A stretch of DNA of 64,000 nucleotides from Candidatus Danuiimicrobium aquiferis (lineage in GTDB: Bacteria; Omnitrophota; Omnitrophia; Omnitrophales; Danuiimicrobiaceae): positions 43,622 through 107,621 of the forward strand of contig MHFR01000048.1 of NCBI GenBank assembly GCA_001804285.1, read 5' to 3'. Shown piece after piece: positions 27,651-39,600 of the stretch. Below the pieces are notes generated by a model that searched no databases, was not told the origin of the DNA, and was given only the letters and a program-made list of their open reading frames with translations. The translations under genes and the position numbers were made by a program. How positions within the stretch are numbered: position 1 is the first letter of the stretch; each line of letters begins with the position of its first letter.

Positions 27651-27653
27651 AGG

Positions 27654-30600
27654 ATGCATTTTGGGATTAAACAAAAAAACAAATCATTTAATCTAAGCGT
27701 AAAACGAGCCACTCTCTCTATTTTTTCATCCCGTTTTCTTCGTTCAATTGCCCTTGTTGTGTTGATTTGTTTTGTGACGACGAATATCACATGGGCAGAT
27801 GTGAGCGTTGGCGCATCGATCACCACCCTTCAAAATGAAATCCAATCGCTTGCCCTCAAGCCCTTTGCGATTCCCCGGGAAGCCGGACGGATCGAAGAAT
27901 TGTTTCTTCCTGACGGAATGTCCCCGGAAACACCGCTGATCGTCTATTTGCAGGATGCTCATACCAACTTGGGCGCGCAAGAGAATATCCAAAAAATTGT
28001 GCAGGAATTAGCGCCGAAACTCAAAATTGACACGGTCCTTGTCGAAGGCGGTACGGGCGAAATCGATTTGTCGGAATTGAAATCCTATCCGGATGAAAAA
28101 ATTAAAACCAACGTTACGCAGTTCTGGATGAAAGAAGCGGTTCTGAACGGAATCGAGCGCGCTGCGATATTAAGCAAAGCCAATTTCCGCCTCATTGGAA
28201 TTGAAGACAAGAATCTTTATGAAGAAGCCGGAAAGCACTTTGTAACGGCCAAGCAGGAATCGCAGGCATTTCTTGCCGAACTTGAGCCACGCTTGAAATT
28301 GATCAACGAAAAACGGAAAGCAAAATTCAATCAAGATTTGATGGTGTTCGATGATTTGACAAATATGTTCGAAAAGAAGCAGGAGCTCATGCCTCTTGTG
28401 AGCGTGATTGCCAATGAAGCCAGGAACCGCCATCTTGACCGCTGGAAATACGCGCAAGTTGAGAAGTTTATCAGTTTGATGCTGTTTGAAATTCGCGGTG
28501 GCAATCAGCAGCAACTTCTCAGAGCGAAAAAAGATTTAGACGCAAAACAATTTTTCAAAGAGCTTGAAGCTTTAAAACAAGAAGTCAAAGAATCGCTGTT
28601 TCAGAATGACGAAGAACGCGCGATTGACGCAGAGGCGCAGGGACTAAAGTTATTGCGCGATTTGGTGTCGCTCGAAGCCACGCCGGAGCAATATCAAAAT
28701 TTTCTGAAGGACCGCGAAAAGATTGAAAGATTGATTGAAAATAATTTTGGAATTCTGTCATCCCCGCATGCAGTAGGCGGGGATCCATGGATTCCCGCTT
28801 CCGCGGGAATGACAAAACCTCAAACGAATTCATCACTCGCCCTTGAATCCGCCATCGAATTTTACGAATCCGCAATTAAACGCGACGACATCTTATTTCA
28901 AAACCTGCAGGCGGCTCTATCAAAGCAATCTTCCAAACACATTTTTCTCGTCACCGGCGGATTTCATACGCCCGGCATTGTTGAAAAGTTGAAAAGCGCG
29001 AAGCTTTCGTACGTGCTCATTTCGCCGCAAGTGAGCGAAGAAGACAACGCCAGGCAATATTTAGAACGTGTCGCTGGCAAGCGCGCCGATTTGGAGGAAT
29101 TTAAATCAAAATACGGCCCTCACCCTAACCCTCTCCCTGAGGGAGAGGGCAGTCCAAATTTCTACAGGCAGTCCTCGCAGCGAAGCGGAGAGGGGAAGTT
29201 TAAGGGGACGGGTGAGGGGGAAACGTATGCCGTGCCCTCGGTCAGCCGGGCTGAAGTTGGAATCATCCGCGAATCCTTTGATTGGGCGGCAGAGCGATCT
29301 GGGGAGATCGACAATAGTCACTGGTCACCAGTCAATAGTGCCCCTTTTTCTACGAATGTCATCCCCGCAAAAGCGGGGATCCAGCGGGATTCCCGCCTCC
29401 GCGGGAATGACACAATATTCCGCTCCGAAGCGCGAAGTACGCAGAATCATGATCAGTACGATACCCCGGCCTATAGTCTTAATTCCGGTTTTGATTCAGA
29501 TGATACTGATGAAATTCAACGAATTTTGAGCGAGTTTCGCCGCATTTCCGGCATTTCTCGGAAAACGGTCCAACAATTTGCGAAGGAAGCTATTCAATCT
29601 GCAGGCAGCAAAGAGTTGCGGAGACTTCGCTTTGAATCAACGCCTCGCGAAAGATCAATATATTACTGGACTCTTTTGATTCTTGGCTGCATCACCGTCG
29701 GTTTAGGTGCCGCTTCAGCAGGTTGGGCGTGGTCCGCGGCCATCTTGCGGGATATGGGACAGAAGGATCATGTTTCATTTTGGACATCCGTTATTCCCAT
29801 GGCGATTGGGCTTGGGATTTTCATTGTCGGAGTCATTGTTTTAATTGCGCTTAACAGACCGTACCCGCTTAATGAAAAAAGTGTCTATGAACTCGCGTTG
29901 CGGTTTAAGTATCTTGATGGCGAAACATTTCGAAAACCATCCGATTCGGCAAACCTTCTCGCCCGTTCCGAAGTGCGTGGCGAAAGTGAAGCAAAAAAAC
30001 CGATTATTGATGTTCGCCGCCTTGAAGATCAGCACCATCGGCGATTTCAGGAACTCGTCGGGCTGTATCAAAAAATAAAACCCCAATCTGTAGCGGCTGA
30101 GATCAGGCTGTTTATTTTTGGCGCGATTTCTTTCATCAGTATGATAGTCGGTTTTTTTATGATGAGTAGTATCGAAAACCCCCGAGACCTTGTCACAATG
30201 ATAATGCCGTCTATCGCCATATCTCTTACGGCGCTTATGCCCACCATTTATTTTATGTGGAAAGCTAAAAAATTGGGGACACTTTTAAATAACATTCTGG
30301 GCAATTTCAGCGGCATGGAACTGACGAAAGAGGAACGCTCACAAAAACCGAAAAAATTAGAGCAGTTTTCTTTGAGATGGGGCGAGCGGTTTGATTTCGA
30401 GAGAAAACGGGGCAAACAATATCAGACGCCCAAATTGATTGAAGGCGGGCGGATGTTTGAAGAGGAAGGAGAATTTTTTTCATTGGATCAGAGGACGATC
30501 AATGATTTGGGTGTCGAATCGCTTTTGGAAAAACAGGATAGGACAAAGACAGGATTCGGACAGTCGCGGCTCGAATGGCTCATTAAACATCCGCTTCTAA

Positions 30601-33600
30601 CGCCGGGAAAAATCCGGGAACGGCAGGCGTCTATCGGTGAATTTATCCAAAATGAATCATTCCGGAAGATTATGGAAGAAAAATTTACACAATTGGGAGA
30701 AAAAATTCGAGACCGTGCCTTTTGGAGTTTTGACGTGCCGGATTTTCGCTACCGGCCGAATAAATGGATGGCGCTCGGGTTGACATTATGCAAATTTCTG
30801 CTGATTCCGGCGGGTATTTTATTGGCCGGCTATTCGTGGAAAATGCTTCCCGTTCCCTTTGTTTTGTTTTTAATGATTCGCAGCGCGTATCTGAATGAAA
30901 AAGTCATTCGAAGAGAATGGAAGGCGGTCGGAAAGTTTATCAATGAAATATTACCCGAACTTCGGCAAGCCGAATCGCCGTTACTTCAGAAAATTTACTC
31001 CGTGCTAAAGGATGCCGTCGATCCGCATGGCTCGGCCGGCATCGCTTCTTTTATCAACCGTCCCGGCATGTTGAATGGCGCGTGGGCGTATTTAAACAAA
31101 AGAAAAGAGTTACAGAGTGTCCTCGGCGCGATTGGCGAGCTTGAGAGCTTGTATTCCCAAGGGCAGGCGGCCGTTGACAATTTGGGATATCATGATTTTC
31201 CCGAAATATTGGATCGTGATACTTCCGTTTCTGGGCCAGAACAAGGCCGGCCGGTATTAAAGTTTGAAACGGAAAAATTGCATCATCCGGCCATTCCGTT
31301 TGAGAAATCCGTCGGAAATCCGGTCCGGTTCGCTTCGGATCATTCCTTTATGATTTTAACCGGCGCGAACATGGGCGGAAAATCGACCTTTCTCAAAACA
31401 TTGGCGCTTGCGATCATTCTCGCGCAAACGGGCGGGCCGATCCGCGGGTTCAACATGAAACTGACACCGGTCAAACTCATGACGCTTTTTGATGTCAGAG
31501 ATGACATTGCGGCAGGAAAGTCCAAATATGACGCACAGACAGACCGGCTCAAAGAAATGACTGATTTAGCGGCGTCAGATCCGAGAGTGATGTTATTTTT
31601 TGATGAAATGTTAAACGGAACCAACCCGGAAGATCATCTTGTGATCGAAGAAGGCACGATCCTCTACTTGGTGAAGCTCGGGATTTTCGGCATGTTAGCC
31701 ACGCATGATTTGGAAGTGACGGAACTCGAAACAGTCGAAAAGCAACCCGGCGTTTTCAATATGCATTTTGACGAAAAATTGGATGCCGACAGGAAGCCGC
31801 AAGCGGATTATGAGTTAAGCCAGGGACCCGTTGAAGGTTCAAACGCGATTTCCATTCTTGAAAGAAAAGGATATCCTCCGGAAATTATTGACGAAGCCAA
31901 ACGCCGCGCTCTGGTGAGACTGGAGAAAAAAGCAAAAGGGCAAGCACGGGCCGAAGTGCGCCACCTTGAAAATAGTGGCAAGGCGATTATTAATCGAGGC
32001 GCACGAGAGTCCTCGATACTTTCCAAGGGGCTTGTATCGAGGGCCGAAGTTCGTAACCTTGAGAATACAGAAGTCAGAAGTCAGAAGTCAGATATGTCAT
32101 TCCCGCAGGCTTCTGGCGGGAATCTGCGTTTGCTCGCCAGAGGCGAATTTGTCTTTGGCAGAGATTCCCGACAACAGATTTCGGGAATGACACCAGAATA
32201 TCGTTCCGAAGCCCGTGCGGATTCGGATTCCGACACGCCGGCTTATGTGTTGGATCCCGGTTTCGATCCAGAACAATATCCAGACGAAGTTCATACAATT
32301 CAACGAGCATTAACTAAAATTCGCCAAATCACAAACAAAAGCCAGGCAGAAGTTCAAACGGAAGCGAATAAACATATTCGCTTTAGCAATAATTATCCAT
32401 ACGCGCTATTGTGGCATAGCGAACCGGGATTATTTAACTTTGCCAGGGCAAAATGGAAATTTTTTCTGCTTGCCGGATTATGCCTCGCTTGTTTGCCATC
32501 TGCTGTGGCAATGTTTATATATTGGATTGCTCGACCTTTCAGTACCATACAGGAAGGAAGTGAATTTCATCACTCAAAATTCATTTTGTATTTTGGGCTT
32601 TTTCTTACTTTTGCGGGATATTATTTTTTACAAACATTTTTTGCTGCGCTGCCCGTGACGGAAGCGAATGTTTTCGCCATTTTTCGCGGAATCGATTTCA
32701 TCACGAAAGATGAATATCGGGATTTGACGTTAACTCTAAAGTCGTCGAACCCTTCTGCTGAAACTAGGGCTGAAGCGCGCGCGGAACCTGATTATGACAC
32801 GCCGGGATATAATTTAAGGCCGGGATTCGATGGCGACCAAATCAATACGCTTCAAGGCGCGTTAACCACAGTTCGGAAAGTAACGAAAAAGAGCAAGGAC
32901 GAAGTTCAGCGGGCCGCGAACAAATATCTCTGGCCATATCGCTTCCGTTTTTTCTCTTACTATGATGAAACGGGATTGTTCGACATCGCTCGTTTTAGAA
33001 ATCCGCCGGGAAAGATTCCCAATTATCTGCGTGCCTTTTTGAGTCCATCCGGACTTTTTTCCTTATTAGCCGCTTTGATTTTTGCGCTTGTTTTTGCCAT
33101 TCCTGTTGCTTTAGCGCAACGCTCTTTTATGAGAATGGTCCATGATGTCATGACAACGCTTACTTTCCCGCTCGGAATACAAATAGATGACGCGGCCGAA
33201 AGATTGCCTGCCTATACGCGCATGATTACCAATCCCTATTGGTGGGGAATTGTCTTTTTTATGGCCAATATATGGGCGGCAGCAACAGTGCTGAAATTGT
33301 TACGGGTCACGGAAGCGAACATTTATACCATTTTGTACCGTGTCGGATTCCTCACGAAAGACGAATATGAAGATTTGCTGAAAACTCTGGAATCGTCGCA
33401 ACCTCTTGGTCAAGAAACGCTTTCCGGGTCACGTTCTGCGGACAAACGGAAAATCGGGAGAAGGTCGCCCATTGAAGCGGCTTCCAATTATCTTTTGATG
33501 GGATTCGCCGAAGCGCGGCATCTTGCGCGCCTCCACCAACAAGCCATGCGCCTATCCGCTGCCGGGAGATATGTGCCCGCAAGAAACTTGCGTTTAAAAA

Positions 33601-36600
33601 CGATGATTTGGCGGGGAATTGTTATTAAGGGCGGAAAATGGATTGATATTTTTCAGTTGGTCAAAGAGTTCATGCGGGGATGGTTCGATATTTTTGATCT
33701 GCCCAAGAAGTTAATTAATCAACAAAGCATTCAGTTTCTTTCCTATGAATATTTAGGCGAAAGATATCATCGAGAAATGTTTCTTGATAGCGAAGAAGGA
33801 AATGCTCTCTACGGATTATTGGATGAAATGAAAAATGATCCGAAACGGTTTCCGGGAATTGATTGGTCGAAACATTCGGCCATTTATGGACATTGGGAAG
33901 TGTCGAGTTACCGGTATGAACGTTCCGAAGTTCGTAACCTTGCGCCGGAAAAGGGGACAGGCATATCCCTCAAAAGCGAACGATTGCCTGTCCCCTTTTC
34001 TGTTTTGACTTATGCTCCTGTGCTCTCGGCGGCGAAGTCCGCCGCCCGTTCCGAAACCCGCGCAGGAGCGGAAAAAGATCCGATCGGGCTGAGGAAAATA
34101 GAACAGATTGCCAGGGGATATAAAGATATCAGACGTTCGCGGCGAATGATTTATCCGAACATTATTCTTGATCGATGGCAATTGCCACCCGCTTTTGAAC
34201 CATACCAGGACGCCGTTCTCAACAGAAGAGCTCCCGAGTTTGAGGCGGGGATGGGCGTTGCTTTGATTGTGCCAGGTGAAGATATTAAAGCGGCGCTTCG
34301 AAAGAAGAAAGAACCAGAGGAACGGGTACAAGCGTTAATACGCCTCATCGAAACGATGGTAATTAAGGGGATCATGAAAGCGTGGCACGCGCGTGTTTTG
34401 AAATTCGGGTTAAAAGATGAAAAAAATCAATGGTCCGAAAAAGCGTTAAACAAGCCAGAAATCTTGCAAGTCGTGTTACAGGAATTGAGCGGTGAAAAAC
34501 TGGAAATTCTGAAACAATGCGTTGATATTTGGTTCAAGCGAATTCGAGAAGGACCGGAAGGGCGGTTGGGTAGCGGCTTGGTGTTGATTCAGAAAGACGC
34601 AGAACTTCTTTATGATTACCTCCGCAACGTTCATGCGCCTCATCAAAATTTGACGGGCTATCACAATATCGCAGGAAGCATTGTCGAATCTATTTTTCGG
34701 GGTGATATAGCGGCTAAAGTTCATTCTCTGGATGAATATGTTAAACAGTCCTGGGCGATGGAATTAACGGACGCGCTGCATACGTTAGAAACGCCAGCCA
34801 ATGCTTCGATTGCGGAAGCGGCCGTTGAACGAGTGACTCAAATTGCAGAACAATCGAAGAACAACCGGATCATCACGCTCGCCGGAAGTTTGGAAGATGC
34901 TTTAGCAGATGAAGAGCGGAAAAACAAATTGATTGCCAGAATCAAAACCATTTTGATAGATGAAAAATTAAAAGTGCTGGACTTTGCATTTTCCCGCCTG
35001 GAAGAAGCTGAAAAGCGCTTGCATGAAATGGAAGAATTCCAGCGTGAGCATCGGCACATGTTCACTATGCAAACCGACTATTATGCATTTGCGGATATTG
35101 CGGAAGGATATACGCGGCGCGTTGAAGAAATGTTCGGCCAAACGCCTAAGGATTATTCCGGACGCCGCATGAAGATGTTGATGAAAAATTTTGAAGAGAT
35201 GGAATTCCGGAACTTGGGAAGAAGCCAGCGTCAGGGTGGGGGACTACCTTTTACGACAGGTCTTCAGGTTGCAAAATTGTTGTGGGCGAGAGAGCGAAAG
35301 CCCGTTCGTGTATTGCGGGCTTTTAATCGCCTGATCAATAAGCAAGAATTGTTGGAAGCCGTAAAAGGTGTGAAAACCAGATCGAATGGTACCGCGAGGC
35401 CAGAAGAAGCAAAATCGCCGAAAGCGTATGTCGAGTTTCTGGGAGAGCACCGGATGAGTGCGATTGCTTTAGAGCTGGTGTATTACGGAATCGGAGAGGT
35501 GGCGCAGCAGCTCAGAGAAGATCTCGGGACCCACGCACAGGATGTCCTTGCTTATTTGAATAAAATGGAAATGCCTGCATTTCAGGGTGAGGGGGAATGG
35601 AAGGAAAAGTTGCATAAGCAAACAGCTGCCATTTTGAAGGCGTTGCGAGACATCGAGGGCATATTTGAAAAAGATGATGCAGAAAAAGATATATCTAAAA
35701 AACTATCGATTAACAAACGGGCTTCGATTGTATTCGAGCACGCGGCCAGGCTTCACCAAGAAATGGATCCAAGCTGGTTTCCGAATGATCGCACGATTGA
35801 TTTACTTCTACTTTACTGGACGAATACGTTTAAGGTGGGCGGAGCGGACCGTATTCACGAAGCGCTCGGCTCTATTTTGGAAAACGATTTATTCTATGAT
35901 TTCGAAGACGGAAAACGGAAACAAAAATCACCGGATGAAATTCTCAAGTTACTTGACACAAACCGCGCCCTTTCCCAATTGGCAACATTTGAGAGGAGGC
36001 AGCTTAAAAGCGTGCTATTTGAATTGGGCTTGATTAATCCCGAAGACGTGTATCCCGCCATGTTTAAATATGTGATGGAAAAAATCGGAACTGCAAAACC
36101 GCGCATGGTTGTTTTTTACGACCGGCATCTTCCGCTTGAAAACTCTTCCCCCATTATTGAAAGGATCGTCAAATCCGGGAAATATTCTTCCGATGATATT
36201 ATTTTTGTTCCATGGCCGGAATATACGACACCGCTTGGAGAGACGGTTGCTATTGCTGACGGGCTGATGGACTTGATGCGGCAAATGGCAAATCCGGAAC
36301 GGGGCAAACAGGTGCTTCCGGTTAAAAAATATTCGGTACGAGATCAACAATGGTTTGGAGAATTTGTGATCCGGGAAATTGCCGGAAAAATTTTCGAGCC
36401 GGAGGAACAAACAGCCCTTTTTCAGCAACAACAAAGGATCGGGACGAAATCATGGGGAGATATCGGGCCAATGCTCAAGAGTAGGCTGGGGAGTTTAGTC
36501 ATGAAGCCGTTATTGGCGGAAGCGGAAAAAAGAATCAAAGCAATTCATAGACCTGCGACTCAAGAAACGGGGGAAGGGGACGAGGAGACTCGAAGGTATG

Positions 36601-39600
36601 AGAGAGCTCTTTGGGATCGGTCTGGCGCTGTGACGAGGGAGACGAAACGGTTGATCGAAAAATTTTATGGTATGTTAAATGACGTGATGAACCGGATCGA
36701 TATCGGGAAACAGGCGGGCATTGAAGATGTTGAATTTCCGCCGAGCGAAGAACAATTCATTTATGCGCTGTTCCTCTATATGATGAAAAAAAGTTATCCG
36801 GACATGTTGTTTGTTTCTGTTCACCGTGATGTCATAATCAAAAAATCCGAAGATATTCAGTGGACGCTCGAAGAACTCCAGCAAGGTTTCCGATTGGTTA
36901 CGACCGACAAGGCAAAAGAAATTCATCAAGGACTCGAAATTCCGCAATTGTCGTGGAGAAAAAGATCACGGCAGGCGCATATTCATTTGGCGGTGGAGCA
37001 ACTTGTTTCTGCCAGGCGTGTCAATGCAGAAGTTCCTATTGTTTTTGTTGAGCTCAAACAGGATGCGCAAAAAATAGAATCAGTGCCGCAAGAAACATTG
37101 GCAAAGGCAATTTTGGGTTTATATGCTTTGAGCCTGTCGAATTTTGCTTCCTATTTTACTATTAGAGATGTTGTCCCTTCCCGAAGTGGTGTTTTGGGTG
37201 ACCCATATCGGATAGCGGATTATTTGTTAAGACCGGAGCCGGAAACAGAGGCGCAAATTGAACAAGGGGCAAAGGCTCTTGGGGAAAATTATTTCGATCG
37301 TGTTCTAACAAAAATGAAAGGGCAAGCCCGGGCCGAAGCGCGGAGTGATTTGAAGAGGCGGTCATTTGCCGAGGTTTTGTGGAATTATTTGTGGATGCCG
37401 AAGGAGGCCATTCAACTTGCAAAGTTGCATGCTGAAGCAAGAAAACTGGCACATGCGGGAAAATTTGATCAAGCCCGGGAACTTCGGATCAAGATATTTA
37501 TTTGGAGAGAAGTTGTTCTCGAAAAAGATCGTTGGTTAGGACCGGATCAATTTCGTGAAGCGATGTTTGGAGATTCTTCAATCGATTCTTTATTCATGAA
37601 TTTTGTTCAACATAAAATGCATCATGATGCGCCGACCCACTCAGATCAGATTGAAACGGTTGTCGATTTACTTTGGGAGGTTGAAAGCGATCACGTACAT
37701 TTTCCGGGATTCAGGGTGATTGTAGATGTCCGGAAAGGCCCGCAGGGGGTTGCGTGCCGTTATGATGAAAAGAAGCGATCAGAAGCGAGAAACGGAGAAG
37801 TCGCGAAGGAAATCCCTGAGGAGTTGGATTTTTACATTAAAGAGTTTTTATCGATTTTGCCGGAAAATAAACGTCCGAATATTAAAAAATTCAAAGCCGC
37901 AAATCAAGTGATCCGGACGAACTTGAACGATCCGGTACGTATTAAATATAAATTGCCGGTTACCATTGTTTTTAGACCCGAGTTTTTTATCCGCGGATTG
38001 CCGCCCGATTTACAACCCCGGGGGATGCCGTGGCAATTGGTATATACCAATCACGATTTGGCGGATGAGGCTTTTGAGTCTTTATTGGTTATCCACGGGA
38101 ATAAGGAAATTGAGGAGGTCAATCTTTCACAGGGCCCTGTGGATTATTTCATTTCTTCAAGCGAAAAGGCTTACCGGCATAAACGCCGGTCGATTTTGAG
38201 TTTTACACCGCTTGAAGGAAGAACCATGGATGACGTAAACCAGGGCACCAGTTATTTAGACGGTGCGTTTTCGGCGATTGTTGCAAAACCAATCAAAAGC
38301 AAAGGGGAATTAACAGAAAAACAACTTCAGAAAAAAACAGATGAACAGAAAAGAAAAATCATTGAGTTGTGGACGAAGTCGCTGGTAAATATTGGGATTT
38401 TGGGACAGGTATACATTGCGTCAACCGGAAACTTGATGCAGGCGGAAGAAATGGATTTGATTATCCAGTATGCATATGACATGGAATCTCTCGAGGAAGC
38501 AGAACAGAGACAGATGGCGCGTGGACAGCCATCCGGGGCAGTGGATTATCAGCCGGTATTTGGCCGAAGAGATTTACCTCCCGCGGTCGGAGTTTCCGAT
38601 GTAAATTTAGGAATTCCAAAGAAGAAATGGAAAATTCAAGGAATTGGCCCCGTGAATGCGATTCTTGCGCTGATCAAACATCCTGTGATTCAAAAAAAAT
38701 ATTTCGGGGGACAAGAACCGCCGCAAGTCAATGTCGGATTCTTTGGCTTTGGTCGTGTGGCCGCTCAAATGGCGAGTGTGGTGATATACGATTATGCGAA
38801 TATAACCCCCATTCAATTTAGCGGAATTATTGATGAAGCCCGGCAAATTTATTCGAAATGGGGAGAACTTCCCGTGCCCGTTCTTCAGGAATTGATTCGA
38901 CGGGTGAATCAGCGAGCAGATAGTCCGTTGCAAAAGTTGGCGCGCAGATTCCGGCGTTATGGTGTGCGAGAGCTTTCCAGCAATTCGGTACAACAAAAAG
39001 TATTGTCGGAAAATATTGATGTGCTTGTGCTTGCTTCGCCGCCGCAAACATTTGGAGAGAAAGAGGCCGAACGTTTTGAGGGGAAAATAGTTATCGAAGC
39101 CAACCAAAATGTGGCGACGAAAAAAGCCATTCAGATATTGAATCAACGAGGGATTAAATTTGTACCTTATTCGACGGTCAATATCGGAGAATCCTACGCT
39201 GCGCGCCATGAATTTGCGAATCCCTTTATGAAAGCCCCACGTTACGATAAAGAGTTTTATGTACTTAACGGAATCGTCGGGCATACATTCGCCAATATTT
39301 GGATGGGACTCGAATCGTTTGAGAAAAACCGTCTAAATCAGTGGAAAACGCTGATTCTATGGATTGTATCAGCTGCGCTGATTGGAACTGCCAGCGGATG
39401 GCTGGGAGGAATCCTTTTATCGATTCCCTTGATTGGAATTTCTGTCGGTTTTTCCCTTGGAACGATTGCTGGACTGATTGCGGCTTATATATTCGAGCCG
39501 CAAGCCGCGAAATCCATGGTTCAAACCGTGGGTGAACTCAATGAACGGATGAATCGTGAAATCGATGCGCTTGTTGTCGAAATGTATCACTTAACGCCGG

